From a virus: DNA of 64,000 nt. Location of the stretch: positions 26,768 through 90,767 of the IMG/VR virus record IMGVR_UViG_3300025104_000001; one strand, written 5' to 3'. The position numbers and the translations under genes are program-made. Below are positions 16,606 to 25,702 of this stretch, one piece after another. Within the stretch, counting starts at the first letter, position 1, and the number at the start of each line of letters is the position of its first letter. Under the pieces are notes generated by a model, which made no database searches, was not told where the DNA came from, and saw only the letters and a program-made list of their open reading frames with translations.

Positions 16606-17342
16606 TGATTTCCAAACAACCAGAATATATTCTCCGAACCATGTGGGATAGAATCAAAACAACAAATGAAAATCTAGATCAAGATGAAGAAACTCTTGAT
16701 GAAGTTGTTTCTGAAGATGAGCAGACATCGGTTTCGGTGTTTGACAAGTTTGCAATCATCCAACTGAATGGCCCTGTATGCGCTGAGACGGTCAATCCGA
16801 TTGTGGATTTCATTGTCGGGGCAAATTTGTCAAGTGACAAGAAACTGGATTTGAACGTCATTAACCTTTTCATTGACACCGAGGGCGGCGACCTCCATTC
16901 GGCTATGAAATTGATTGATGCCATTCGTATGAGTGAAATTCCTATTCGCACCATCGGATGGGGTAAGGTGGCATCCGCTGGTCTAATCATTTTCATGACT
17001 GGCGCAGAACGTTTCATATCCGAGAACTGTTCAATCCTTTCGCACAATGCAACCTTCAATGCGGCTCGTTACTCTGTTCGGGTGAATGACCTTTCACACC
17101 AACAAGAGTTCAAGCTCATCATTGACCGAATCATGCGTGTCTACAAAGAATGCACCGGCAAGGATGAGAAGTATATCAAGAAGCACCTGTTGCGTGATAA
17201 TGACGTCTACATGTCCGCTGCCGATGCAATCGAACATGGCCTCGGCGACGGGTTCCTTCCAAGAGGCATGTCTTGGCTAAAAAGTTTGGTTAGACAGAGA
17301 ATGACAGTCGAAGAAGTCCTTGACCCCGAGCTAAATACCTGA
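16605..17342 (+). CDS. clpP: ClpP-like serine protease
   Basis: FIDTEGG, VASAG (catalytic Ser), ILSH, D-x-YMSA..A..GL.D. Confidence 0.8.
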   Translation: MISKQPEYILRTMWDRIKTTNENLDQDEETLDEVVSEDEQTSVSVFDKFAIIQLNGPVCAETVNPIVDFIVGANLSSDKKLDLNVINLFIDTEGGDLHSAMKLIDAIRMSEIPIRTIGWGKVASAGLIIFMTGAERFISENCSILSHNATFNAARYSVRVNDLSHQQEFKLIIDRIMRVYKECTGKDEKYIKKHLLRDNDVYMSAADAIEHGLGDGFLPRGMSWLKSLVRQRMTVEEVLDPELNT

Positions 17343-17394
17343 TACAATACAGGTTCAAAAGTGTTGTACAAAAAATCTTTCATGAGGTAACATA

Positions 17395-18060
17395 ATGCAA
17401 CTTTCCAAGCGTACAATCGAAGTTCTCAAGAATTTCGCAACTATCAATCAGTCAATTGTTGTCAAACCTGGTAAGAAGCTTGCGACGATGGCAGTAGCCC
17501 GAAACATTCTAGCCGAGGCCGATGTTGAGGAAACTTTTCCATCAGAGTTTGCGATTTACAACCTCAACGAATTCCTTTCAGCGTTGTCACTGTTCGAGAA
17601 TCCCGAATTGGAGTTTGGCGAGAAGTGGGTCGTGATTCGTGAGAAGGGTGCCAAGCGCGGGGGCGTCAAGTATTTCTATTCAAACAAGGCTCTGATTGTG
17701 CATCCCACAAAGTCCATCAAGATGCCTGATGACATTTCTGTGGAGTTCACCGTTACAGAGGCAATCCTGACAAAAATCTCTCGCGCTGCAGGAGTGTTGG
17801 GTGTGAGTGACGTTGTGGTTGTGGGTGATGATGAAGGCATCAGCCTAATCGTTCAGGATCGTAAAAACGATTCTTCAAACGATTTTGAGATTCAGGTCTC
17901 TGACAAGGCTCAAGAAAAGCCATTCAAGTTCTTCTTCAAGCAAGAGAACCTGAAATTCATCCCGGGTGATTATGTTGTTCAAATTTCAGACAAAGGCATT
18001 TCGTCTTTCAAGAAAGCAGACGGTACAATGCAATACGCCGTGGCTCTAGAAGCCACTTAA
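17395..18060 (+). CDS. 45: Sliding clamp gp45
   Basis: MQLSKRTIEVLKNFATINQSI, FAIYNLNEFL, NLKFIPGDY. Confidence 0.93.
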   Translation: MQLSKRTIEVLKNFATINQSIVVKPGKKLATMAVARNILAEADVEETFPSEFAIYNLNEFLSALSLFENPELEFGEKWVVIREKGAKRGGVKYFYSNKALIVHPTKSIKMPDDISVEFTVTEAILTKISRAAGVLGVSDVVVVGDDEGISLIVQDRKNDSSNDFEIQVSDKAQEKPFKFFFKQENLKFIPGDYVVQISDKGISSFKKADGTMQYAVALEAT

Positions 18061-18073
18061 CCAAGGAGACCCA

Positions 18074-19399
18074 ATGCTACACAATAATAGAATGAACTAT
18101 GTGGCGTCGGGTCTTCAATTTGCCAAGTTCCTCTACAAGGATGCTCTTAAGAGCAAGGAAATTGTTGACCTGACAGGCCAGTGGCTAAAGCGTTTGGATA
18201 ACGTCAACGGCCATCGCTTCAGTGTGCTGTTCAATGCATTCACTGAGAAGAAGATGGGCCCACAGATTCAAGAGACCATCAAGCCTTATGTCTATGATGT
18301 TCATTCGGACTCCGGTGGCCTTCAGATGATTTCTCGTGGCCTTGCTGTGACGCCTGAGATCAAAAAAGAAATCTATGAAACCCAAGGTAGGTATTCAGAT
18401 GTGGCTATGTCTTTTGACGAAATCCCAGTCTATACCTTGGTGCAGAAGTCTGAGCTGAAAGATGCGAGCAATAAAGTATTTGATAGGTCTCGTCTTGAGC
18501 CTTGCGCTAAGGCAACCGCTCGAAACATTACCGAGCAGATCCAATCATTCCTTGATAACAAGTCATCGACCCGCCCATTGGCGATCATTCAAGGGAACTG
18601 TCTAGAGACTGCTATGATTTGGTCGGATATCCTGTTTAAGGAGATTCCACAAAACATGCATGAAGTGATTGGAGGTATCGCTATTGGTTCACCTGCTCTA
18701 GGCGTCGGTGAATTGGAAGAAGTGAAGAAGGCGTTCTGGTTCACCCAGATTCCCTTTGACATTAAAGAGAAACATCTTCATATGTTGGGTGTGGGTGCAA
18801 TGAAGCGATTTGTGCCTACGTTGGTGTTTGTGAAATCGGGTTTGTTCAAGGATACCTTAGTGTCCTACGATTCAACAACCCATACCAGCATGAACATCTA
18901 CGGTCGCTATTACTACGGCAAGAAGCCAGGCCGTCAATATCAGATCGTCTACAATCGTGAATACACTCCAGCGTATGATGAGGTGTATGAAGACATTGTG
19001 TCTTTGCTACCAGAGCTAACCCAATGGTGTAAGAACGGATATGAATTCTTCACATTAATGAACGCCAAGCCAAAAGAATATACCAAGACGAACCCTTCAC
19101 GGATTCCGCTAATCATGTCAACCGTGGCGCATGCAATTTCATGTATTTACAACTTCACCAAGCACGTTGAAGATGCACTTCATGATGACGAAATCCTATA
19201 TGAGATGGTTGATGAAGAAGTAACCGAGCCGAAGTCTAAGATCAAGTATATTGACAAGACCAAGCGGAACGTCTATAATGAGCTAGGTAAAGTAAAAACC
19301 CTTGAGGATTACAAATATTGGGAATCCCATCTTGGCCGTTTCCTCAATAGCAAGCCTTCTCGTAACGGTCATACAACCTTGGATGATTTTTTCGAATGA
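18074..19399 (+). CDS. dpdA: TGT-fold transglycosylase, DpdA-like (putative DNA 7-deazaguanine insertase)
   Basis: DSGGLQ, MSFDEIP, IIQG, GGIAIG, HLHMLGVG and SYDSTT TGT motifs; adjacent queC. Confidence 0.7.
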   Translation: MLHNNRMNYVASGLQFAKFLYKDALKSKEIVDLTGQWLKRLDNVNGHRFSVLFNAFTEKKMGPQIQETIKPYVYDVHSDSGGLQMISRGLAVTPEIKKEIYETQGRYSDVAMSFDEIPVYTLVQKSELKDASNKVFDRSRLEPCAKATARNITEQIQSFLDNKSSTRPLAIIQGNCLETAMIWSDILFKEIPQNMHEVIGGIAIGSPALGVGELEEVKKAFWFTQIPFDIKEKHLHMLGVGAMKRFVPTLVFVKSGLFKDTLVSYDSTTHTSMNIYGRYYYGKKPGRQYQIVYNREYTPAYDEVYEDIVSLLPELTQWCKNGYEFFTLMNAKPKEYTKTNPSRIPLIMSTVAHAISCIYNFTKHVEDALHDDEILYEMVDEEVTEPKSKIKYIDKTKRNVYNELGKVKTLEDYKYWESHLGRFLNSKPSRNGHTTLDDFFE

Positions 19400-19800
19400 G
19401 CATCGGATATGATCTTGACGGAGTTCTAATCTCCGATTTGTACTGGCCTGATGGCATGTCTCTTGAAGATTTTCTTAAGATGCGTGCTTCAGAGCCGTAT
19501 GCCAATTTTGTTCCAAAAGGAAGCTATGTCATTGTGACTGGTCGAAATTCATCAGATAGACCCTACACTGAAGCATGGATTAGCAAAAACCTTGCAAGCA
19601 ATCCCCCGTATCGTTTGTTTCATGATTGTCCAGATCATAGGCAAGGCGCAGAGTACAAGGCAAGTGTAATTAACCAGAACGGCATCAGGATTTTCATTGA
19701 ATCAGATGCAAAGCAGGTTGAGTATTTGAAAAAGCATTGCCCATATTGTCGTGTTTATCATTTCGGGAGCTTTCTAAGTGAAACGTTTTATAACCTATGA
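19396..19800 (+). CDS. HAD-superfamily phosphatase
   Basis: YDLDGVL (motif I), VTGR (II), K (III), FIESD (IV). Confidence 0.75.
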   Translation: MSIGYDLDGVLISDLYWPDGMSLEDFLKMRASEPYANFVPKGSYVIVTGRNSSDRPYTEAWISKNLASNPPYRLFHDCPDHRQGAEYKASVINQNGIRIFIESDAKQVEYLKKHCPYCRVYHFGSFLSETFYNL

Positions 19801-20260
19801 GGAAATGACTGCTCTGTTAGATGAGCAGATTCCCAAGATTGAAGCATACGGGTTTGATGAAATCGTTGCTGTGGTTCGTGGTGGTTTGACCGCTGCGCAC
19901 TACATTGCAAAACAACTTCGCTTACCTGTGGGTGTTTACTACCCATCAAATGATGCATATTCTACACCTCGTTTGATCCTAGCCAAGAAGAAGGCGGGCA
20001 AACTGTTGTTTGTGGAGGACCTTGTTGCGCAGGGTCGTACTCATGCCGAGCTATATAAGTTCATGAAGGGCTTTCCAGAAGTCGATTGGCATTTCATGCC
20101 AGTGCTAGTGGATGGGAAGTATGAGAAGAACTTCCTTATGCAGTGTTTGAAAACAGACGACTGGATTGTGTTCCCCTACGAAAAGTATGATAAAATGCAG
20201 GAAGGTGACAGGGGTCTTTTCCGGATGAATTCAGATGTTTATGGGGTAGCAAATGGGTAA
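19778..20260 (+). CDS. Type I phosphoribosyltransferase (purine PRT-like)
   Basis: VVRGGL, PRPP loop LFVEDLVAQGRT, WIVFPYE. Confidence 0.8.
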   Translation: MKRFITYEEMTALLDEQIPKIEAYGFDEIVAVVRGGLTAAHYIAKQLRLPVGVYYPSNDAYSTPRLILAKKKAGKLLFVEDLVAQGRTHAELYKFMKGFPEVDWHFMPVLVDGKYEKNFLMQCLKTDDWIVFPYEKYDKMQEGDRGLFRMNSDVYGVANG

Positions 20261-21173
20261 GAAGATTGTTGTTTTGCACAGTGGTGGTCTTGACTCTACA
20301 GTGATGTGGCGTCTAGCGAAAGAGGACATTCGCAATGAGGTGATCGCCGTATATTTTGACATTGGACACGACTACGCTTGGAAAGAAAAGGCGCAATTGC
20401 CGCCGGGCGCACACATCCATGATATGACTTGGTTCAAAGCCGAAGGCAAAGGCAAGGCGGGCAACGCCATGAATAACATCTTCATTCCTGGTAGGAACAT
20501 GATGTTTGCTACAATCGCTGCATGTAAGTATCTGCCTGACGAGATTTGGATGGGCGCGCTCATGGGTGAAATCCATGACCAAGCAACCGACAAGAACCTA
20601 GAATATCTCCATCGACAGAACGATATTCTTAGTTATGTTCTATCGCCCTTCGGAAAAGTGAAGGTGGTGTTTCCTTTCGTAGAACGCCAGTGGGGTAAGC
20701 TGCAAGTAACAAGGTGGGCATGCCAAAACGGTATGCAACAAGAGATTCTCGCATCGAGTTCATGCATGAGCGGTGAAGCAGGAAATTGTGGTCGTTGCGG
20801 CGTTTGTTTGCGCCGTGCAGGCATTTTCCCTCAATTAAACATGGAAGAAAGCTACAACGTTGATCCTTGGACAGCCCCCGAGAACCGCAAGCTGATCCAC
20901 GATTTGATTGTTGCTGAAATCAATCAAGACGATTCCCATTATGACCGCTTCCGTAGGGAAGAGATCATCCCCACTCTAATCCGAAACCACAGCGGAAAAT
21001 CTTTGCAGGAAATTTTGGAGCTTTATACGGATGGGGCTACTCAAGCTAAGGAAGAAGTTCTACAAGAAACTCCTCAAGAATCCGGGCCTAATCAAACGGA
21101 AATGAACCAAGACCAGACCTCGACAAGCACCCACAATCCAGACGCACCTCCTCAAGTCACCCATGTTGTTTAA
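20253..21173 (+). CDS. queC: 7-cyano-7-deazaguanine synthase QueC-like
   Basis: SGGLDS PP-loop, FIPGRN, C-x7-CxxCxxC zinc site; low-complexity C-tail. Confidence 0.85.
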   Translation: MGKKIVVLHSGGLDSTVMWRLAKEDIRNEVIAVYFDIGHDYAWKEKAQLPPGAHIHDMTWFKAEGKGKAGNAMNNIFIPGRNMMFATIAACKYLPDEIWMGALMGEIHDQATDKNLEYLHRQNDILSYVLSPFGKVKVVFPFVERQWGKLQVTRWACQNGMQQEILASSSCMSGEAGNCGRCGVCLRRAGIFPQLNMEESYNVDPWTAPENRKLIHDLIVAEINQDDSHYDRFRREEIIPTLIRNHSGKSLQEILELYTDGATQAKEEVLQETPQESGPNQTEMNQDQTSTSTHNPDAPPQVTHVV

Positions 21174-22023
21174 TACCGCTTACATCATCTCATACCTGCC
21201 TAATGATTCTCTCAAGGCCAGGCGCCTTGAGATTCATAACAAACAGGTTGACTATTGGCTGGCTAAGGGTTTGAACGTCTTGGTGTATGCCCAAGGATAT
21301 CAACAAGACGACTTCCGAAAGGACGTCCAGTATATCGTCAATACCCGAGGCGAAACCGATAGGCCCGGGCCCGCTCGTAACGTCTTGCTCCGTGCTTTTT
21401 ATGATTCGGATGAAGACTTTTGTTTGTTGATGGACAACGACATTGTTCTCTATGAGGGTGAGAAGTATTGTGATAGTGACAACCTTGTTCAAATCTTAAA
21501 AGACATTCCTCTTGAAAGCCTAGAAGGTGTAGATGTATTTGAGCCTTTGAATCCTACACAAACACCTTTCAGTGCTTTCTATGCCGAAAAGAAGGATGTG
21601 CTAGCTAACAACCTAATCTTCAAGCGTCGTCCGAACATCTCAGGATGTTGTTTGTTCATTAGAAATTTCAAGAAGTTTGGTGAAGAGCCATTCTTCTATA
21701 ATGATTGGTTTGATGAAAAGACAGGTAAGGTTATCATGGGAGAAGATGTTGCCTTCGGTCTTAACCTCACGAAAAAGGGCAAGGGTGTCTATTCTTTGAT
21801 GAATGCCGTCCGAAAGGACATGGGGTGGACGTCGAGCTCTTGGTGCAAGAGCCCTGAAATCAGAAAGCAATCATTTGAAACTCTGAAGGCGATCCTACCG
21901 ACTTTGGGAGTGGGAACCAAGAACGGGAACCTAGATTGGGCAGGTTTCGCCGATCGCTACAAGATCCCACGACAAGTTCTAGCCCCCAAGAAAAAATCCG
22001 CAAGCATCCTAGACATGATGTGA
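21163..22023 (+). CDS. GT-A fold (family 2-like) glycosyltransferase
   Basis: PARNVLL, LLMDNDI (DxD), GEDVAF. Confidence 0.65.
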   Translation: MLFNTAYIISYLPNDSLKARRLEIHNKQVDYWLAKGLNVLVYAQGYQQDDFRKDVQYIVNTRGETDRPGPARNVLLRAFYDSDEDFCLLMDNDIVLYEGEKYCDSDNLVQILKDIPLESLEGVDVFEPLNPTQTPFSAFYAEKKDVLANNLIFKRRPNISGCCLFIRNFKKFGEEPFFYNDWFDEKTGKVIMGEDVAFGLNLTKKGKGVYSLMNAVRKDMGWTSSSWCKSPEIRKQSFETLKAILPTLGVGTKNGNLDWAGFADRYKIPRQVLAPKKKSASILDMM

Positions 22024-22038
22024 TTCTTGCCTTATAAT
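22009..22038 (+). promoter_or_regulatory. Phage early-type promoter
   Basis: CTAGAC-N18-TATAAT-GCAGTCAT. Confidence 0.6.
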
Positions 22039-22068
22039 GCAGTCATTGTTGAACGGAGGACCTAGATC

Positions 22069-22293
22069 GTGTTTCAAGACGAAGCTCTCAAAGAACTTCA
22101 AGCTCGTAACGAGGCGCGTGTCAAACAAATGATTGAGCAGATGGGCACAAAGTATCTGTGCCATCCTGCAAATTTCATCACCAAGGCAAAGTTCAAGAAA
22201 GACCTGCGTAAATCCAAAAAGAAGGCGATGTCGATGTCTAAGGACAAGAACCTAAGTTTCGTAGTGCAAAACACTCCAGAAGGTCAAATCTGA
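22069..22293 (+). CDS. Hypothetical protein
   Basis: GGAGG RBS; MGTKYLCHPAN motif. Confidence 0.65.
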   Translation: MFQDEALKELQARNEARVKQMIEQMGTKYLCHPANFITKAKFKKDLRKSKKKAMSMSKDKNLSFVVQNTPEGQI

Positions 22294-22375
22294 ACGAGAA
22301 AAGAAGGTTGGCAAGGAAACATAAGCCAAGGTGCAAGAACAGTCACAAGAATTTTTACAAACTATCTAATTTTTT

Positions 22376-22404
22376 GTAGACAAGTCGCAAAAACTTCATA
22401 TAAT
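22376..22404 (+). promoter_or_regulatory. Phage early-type promoter
   Basis: GTAGAC-N17-TATAAT. Confidence 0.6.
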
Positions 22405-22436
22405 AAAGACGTCAACAAGCAAACGAGGACAGTAAA

Positions 22437-22586
22437 ATGCTGAAAGACTTCATTATGTGGATGCAAGAACCCGGCAAATGGAATGACGTCATGGTTATTT
22501 GCGGTGTGGTTATTATTGTTTCTTTGATCGGCATAATTGTCTGCGAAAAGATTGAAAAGCGTAAAGCTTGGAAAATGGGCCGATAG
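22437..22586 (+). CDS. Small membrane protein (49 aa); stop codon lies inside the downstream tRNA
   Basis: GAGGA RBS; MLKDFIMWMQEPGKWNDVMVICGVVIIVSLIGIIVCEKIEKRKAWKMGR. Confidence 0.6.
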   Translation: MLKDFIMWMQEPGKWNDVMVICGVVIIVSLIGIIVCEKIEKRKAWKMGR

Positions 22587-22653
22587 CTTAGTGGCCTAAA
22601 GCAGCGGCCTCATAAGCCGTTGATCCTGGGTTCAAATCCCAGTCGGCCCACCA
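22577..22653 (+). tRNA. tRNA(CAT), Ile2-like or elongator Met
   Basis: GCGGC-CT-CAT-AA-GCCGT; paired G1-C72; C4-G69/C5-G68; CCA. Confidence 0.88.
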
Positions 22654-22679
22654 AAAATTGATTGAAGGAGGAAAGCAGG

Positions 22680-22868
22680 ATGGTGCATGAAGCAGGAAAG
22701 GGCGATGCGCCTCGTAAAGTACGAGACGACAAAGCCTATTCAGAAGGTTGGGATCGAATCTTTGGAGCTAAACGTGGCAAAGCAAAAGGAAACAATGAAG
22801 GTGAAGGTTCCCAAGCCAAGGAACCATCTAGTCGTGCCAGCGAAAACCAAAAAAGCGGGCAAACATAA
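22680..22868 (+). CDS. Hypothetical protein
   Basis: GKGDAPR..YSEGWDRIFG small-phage-protein motif. Confidence 0.55.
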   Translation: MVHEAGKGDAPRKVRDDKAYSEGWDRIFGAKRGKAKGNNEGEGSQAKEPSSRASENQKSGQT

Positions 22869-22917
22869 AGACAAAAAACGTGAGATAAAATATAAGCACA
22901 TTGAAGAACATGTTTAG
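22795..22917 (+). CDS. Small basic hypothetical protein
   Basis: AAGGA RBS; KPRN..KAGKHKDKK. Confidence 0.5.
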   Translation: MKVKVPKPRNHLVVPAKTKKAGKHKDKKREIKYKHIEEHV

Positions 22918-23122
22918 ACCGAATCCTTATCCTTGGGTTGAAATCGTTGATCCTAAGCCAGAGCCCACATTTACCTTAGATCAAATCATAGAGAAAATGG
23001 TCGAGATGTTTGGTGACAATGTAGCCGATCCAGACCATCATCCTCTTATTACGAAATATCAATTCAAGCTTGCTAAGCTTGAATTAACCCGCCAATTTGT
23101 TGTGGTGGAACCCCAAGTTTGA
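22910..23122 (+). CDS. Hypothetical protein
   Basis: ORF coupled to the previous one. Confidence 0.55.
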   Translation: MFRPNPYPWVEIVDPKPEPTFTLDQIIEKMVEMFGDNVADPDHHPLITKYQFKLAKLELTRQFVVVEPQV

Positions 23123-23452
23123 TTCGTGACGATATGCTTGTGCCAAGGCACGCTCCAATTCGTCGATGCGCTTGTTTGCTTCGCGTAGTTGCTCCATAAG
23201 CTCAAGATTCTGTATATGCAGATCTGAAAGCTGTTTTCTAGTTCTGTCAAGTTCGTCGCTAAGAAGCTTAATTTGTTGCATCAAGCTTTCAACTTGAGCA
23301 ATCTGGATGTCGCTTTGATTTTTCTTTTCTTCAACATCGGTTTTTTTAATCTTAAGCCAGACACCCAGAATTAAGATTCCGAGGCTGACTATGAAGCTCA
23401 AAGATGCTGGCAGATGTTGTAAGGTATTGCCTAAGTCGAGTGCAAGTTCCAT
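23084..23452 (-). CDS. Membrane-anchored coiled-coil protein
   Basis: One TM segment plus heptad repeats; late-type CATAAATA upstream. Confidence 0.65.
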   Translation of the reverse strand: MELALDLGNTLQHLPASLSFIVSLGILILGVWLKIKKTDVEEKKNQSDIQIAQVESLMQQIKLLSDELDRTRKQLSDLHIQNLELMEQLREANKRIDELERALAQAYRHESNLGFHHNKLAG

Positions 23453-23494
23453 TGAGAAGACCTAAGATAAATTCACCAGAATATTTATGAGGTA

Positions 23495-23523
23495 CTAGAC
23501 AAGCACAGAACCTATGTTATAAT
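23495..23523 (+). promoter_or_regulatory. Phage early-type promoter
   Basis: CTAGAC-N17-TATAAT-GTAGGCAT. Confidence 0.65.
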
Positions 23524-23547
23524 GTAGGCATGAATGAGGGAAACATT

Positions 23548-23826
23548 ATGGACAAGACCGAATCGGAAGTTCGTCAAATTCTTATCGAAGCTATGAAGGC
23601 TCAGCTTGAGAACCCTACCAGGTCTTATTCCAACAGTGAATCATCCTTTGTTGCCTGCCGTCTGCGTAAATCGGGTTACCCCGGAGTCGCTGCACGTTAT
23701 TGGGCTTGGACTTGCGGCCCCGAGAACCGTGAAGAATTCGGTGATGAGATTTATGAGCTTCAGATGAAGCTCAAGGAAATTGACAGGGAATTTGTTATGC
23801 CTGATTGGGGTACCTATGGAACTTGA
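23548..23826 (+). CDS. Hypothetical protein
   Basis: GAGGG RBS, downstream of promoter. Confidence 0.65.
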   Translation: MDKTESEVRQILIEAMKAQLENPTRSYSNSESSFVACRLRKSGYPGVAARYWAWTCGPENREEFGDEIYELQMKLKEIDREFVMPDWGTYGT

Positions 23827-24271
23827 GGAACAACATGGGTAGCCTGAGTCTGGCTACTGGGCGAACCGTGGTTATATGAATCGTTCAAGACTGGCAAAGA
23901 CTGTATGAACATGAACAAGATAATCCAAACAGCGTATGACCAAGGATTCGACGCTGGTCGCCGTGAGACCAAGCTGCGGGTGGAACAATCCTTGAAGAAT
24001 ATTTACTGATCTTTGCTGATTTCTCTAGACGTGTTCTTTGGCTGATGCATATAATGAAGGCATACAGTGAACGAAACATCAAAAGGGGTTTGAAGTGAAC
24101 AACGTTAAGAATTTTGCCATGGAACTGGAACAAGAAGTTCGTCAGTATATCGAAGCCGAGGGCACGGAGCTTGTTCGCCAAGCCTACAATGCACCTGAAG
24201 GTTTGACTCTGGACGAGCTGGTTGAATGTTGTGTGGGCGTAGAATATCAGAACGCTTTCAAGTAAGGAAAC

Positions 24272-25174
24272 ATGATGCGAGCAATTGTGACCGTGGGGGT
24301 TTCGGCCTCGGGTAAGTCGACTTGGGCGTCGGACTTTATCAAAGCTGAGGCCTCCAAGGGCGTTATTTGGCAGCGCATTGAACGAGATTGTATCCGCAGG
24401 GGTATCTTGATTGAAAAGGGTATCGCTGCGGAACTGGAATGGGACAAATGGAATTGGAAATGGGAAAAGGAAGTGAGTGAGCGCGCAGACAAAATACTGG
24501 AAGCCGCTGCTCAATCACGCGCCAACGTTATTATCTCTGACACCAACCTGAACAAAGAACGACGGAAGAGTCTGATTCAGAAGCTCAAGGAATTTGGCTA
24601 CACCGTAGACGTTCGACCCTTTCCTATCTCGTTTGAGGAAGCTGTTAAACGTGACGCCAAGCGCAAGAACGGTGTGGGCGTTTCTGTTCTGGCATCTCAG
24701 TTTGAGCAATGGAACAAGCAATTCGTCACTCAGTATGAAGGCACTAAGGGTGCTCCCAAGGCCATCATCGTTGATATTGACGGCACGTTGGCACAAATGA
24801 ATCGTGACCGTGGCCCGTTTGAATGGGACAAGGTTGAACAAGACAAGCTGGATGAAGAAGTGGCAGCAATCGTCAAAGCTCTGGAAAGCTCTGGAGAATG
24901 GAAGATTGTTGTTCTGTCGGGTCGCGATGGCGTCTGCCGTCCTCAAATCGAACGGTGGCTGGCACGGCACGAAATTCGGTACAGCGACTTCTTCATGCGT
25001 GCTGAAGGCGATATGCGTAAGGATTCGGTCATCAAATCAGAAATCTTCTGGTGTGATGTTGCTCCGAAATATGACGTTAAAATGGTCATTGATGGCCGTC
25101 CTCAGGTCACCCGTATGTGGCGCAGCATTGGTCTGAAAGTGCTTCAGGTGGGTAACCCTTACATTGAATTTTGA
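24272..25174 (+). CDS. pseT: Polynucleotide 5'-kinase/3'-phosphatase
   Basis: GVSASGKST P-loop, SDTNL, DIDGTLA, SGRD, MRAEGDMRKDSVIK. Confidence 0.93.
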   Translation: MMRAIVTVGVSASGKSTWASDFIKAEASKGVIWQRIERDCIRRGILIEKGIAAELEWDKWNWKWEKEVSERADKILEAAAQSRANVIISDTNLNKERRKSLIQKLKEFGYTVDVRPFPISFEEAVKRDAKRKNGVGVSVLASQFEQWNKQFVTQYEGTKGAPKAIIVDIDGTLAQMNRDRGPFEWDKVEQDKLDEEVAAIVKALESSGEWKIVVLSGRDGVCRPQIERWLARHEIRYSDFFMRAEGDMRKDSVIKSEIFWCDVAPKYDVKMVIDGRPQVTRMWRSIGLKVLQVGNPYIEF

Positions 25175-25221
25175 GTTGTTTTATAATTGGATTTTCAACG
25201 TAGACAAAAAGGAACACCTAT

Positions 25222-25698
25222 ATGAAAAACGAAGCCCTTCAAGCAATCAACCAAAGCCTAGAATCGCTGGCTAGTATGGTCAAATATCTTGATGCTCGCA
25301 TGAATGCCCTTGAGGATCGTGTGGCCAAGCCAGTAGCTAAAGTTCGTAATGACGAAAAGAGTCCTCTGATTGTTCGGCATTCACGTTACTTTGATGGGTT
25401 CGGTGGGGTGGAAGCCAGGGGCGGCGTGACATACGTCTTTGAACTAAACTACAAGAACCGAACCGCCAAGGTGGGTATTGCGGTGTGTTCTCTGAAGGAA
25501 AATTTCAACAAGGCCACGGGTCGCAAACTTGCTGAGGATCGTCTGAAGACCGATCCTATCGTTTTTGGGTACAGCGCGCCTAGCTATGTTGGTCTTGTGG
25601 ATGCCTTTTGGGACGCTGTGACTCTTGATTCTGCTAGTATGTCTAAGGACAACCGGCGCATCATCAAAAACATCAAAACAAACTACCTGATTTACTGA
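25222..25698 (+). CDS. Hypothetical protein
   Basis: RGGVT..CS.KENFNKATGR motif; AAGGA RBS. Confidence 0.65.
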   Translation: MKNEALQAINQSLESLASMVKYLDARMNALEDRVAKPVAKVRNDEKSPLIVRHSRYFDGFGGVEARGGVTYVFELNYKNRTAKVGIAVCSLKENFNKATGRKLAEDRLKTDPIVFGYSAPSYVGLVDAFWDAVTLDSASMSKDNRRIIKNIKTNYLIY

Positions 25699-25702
25699 TT
25701 TA

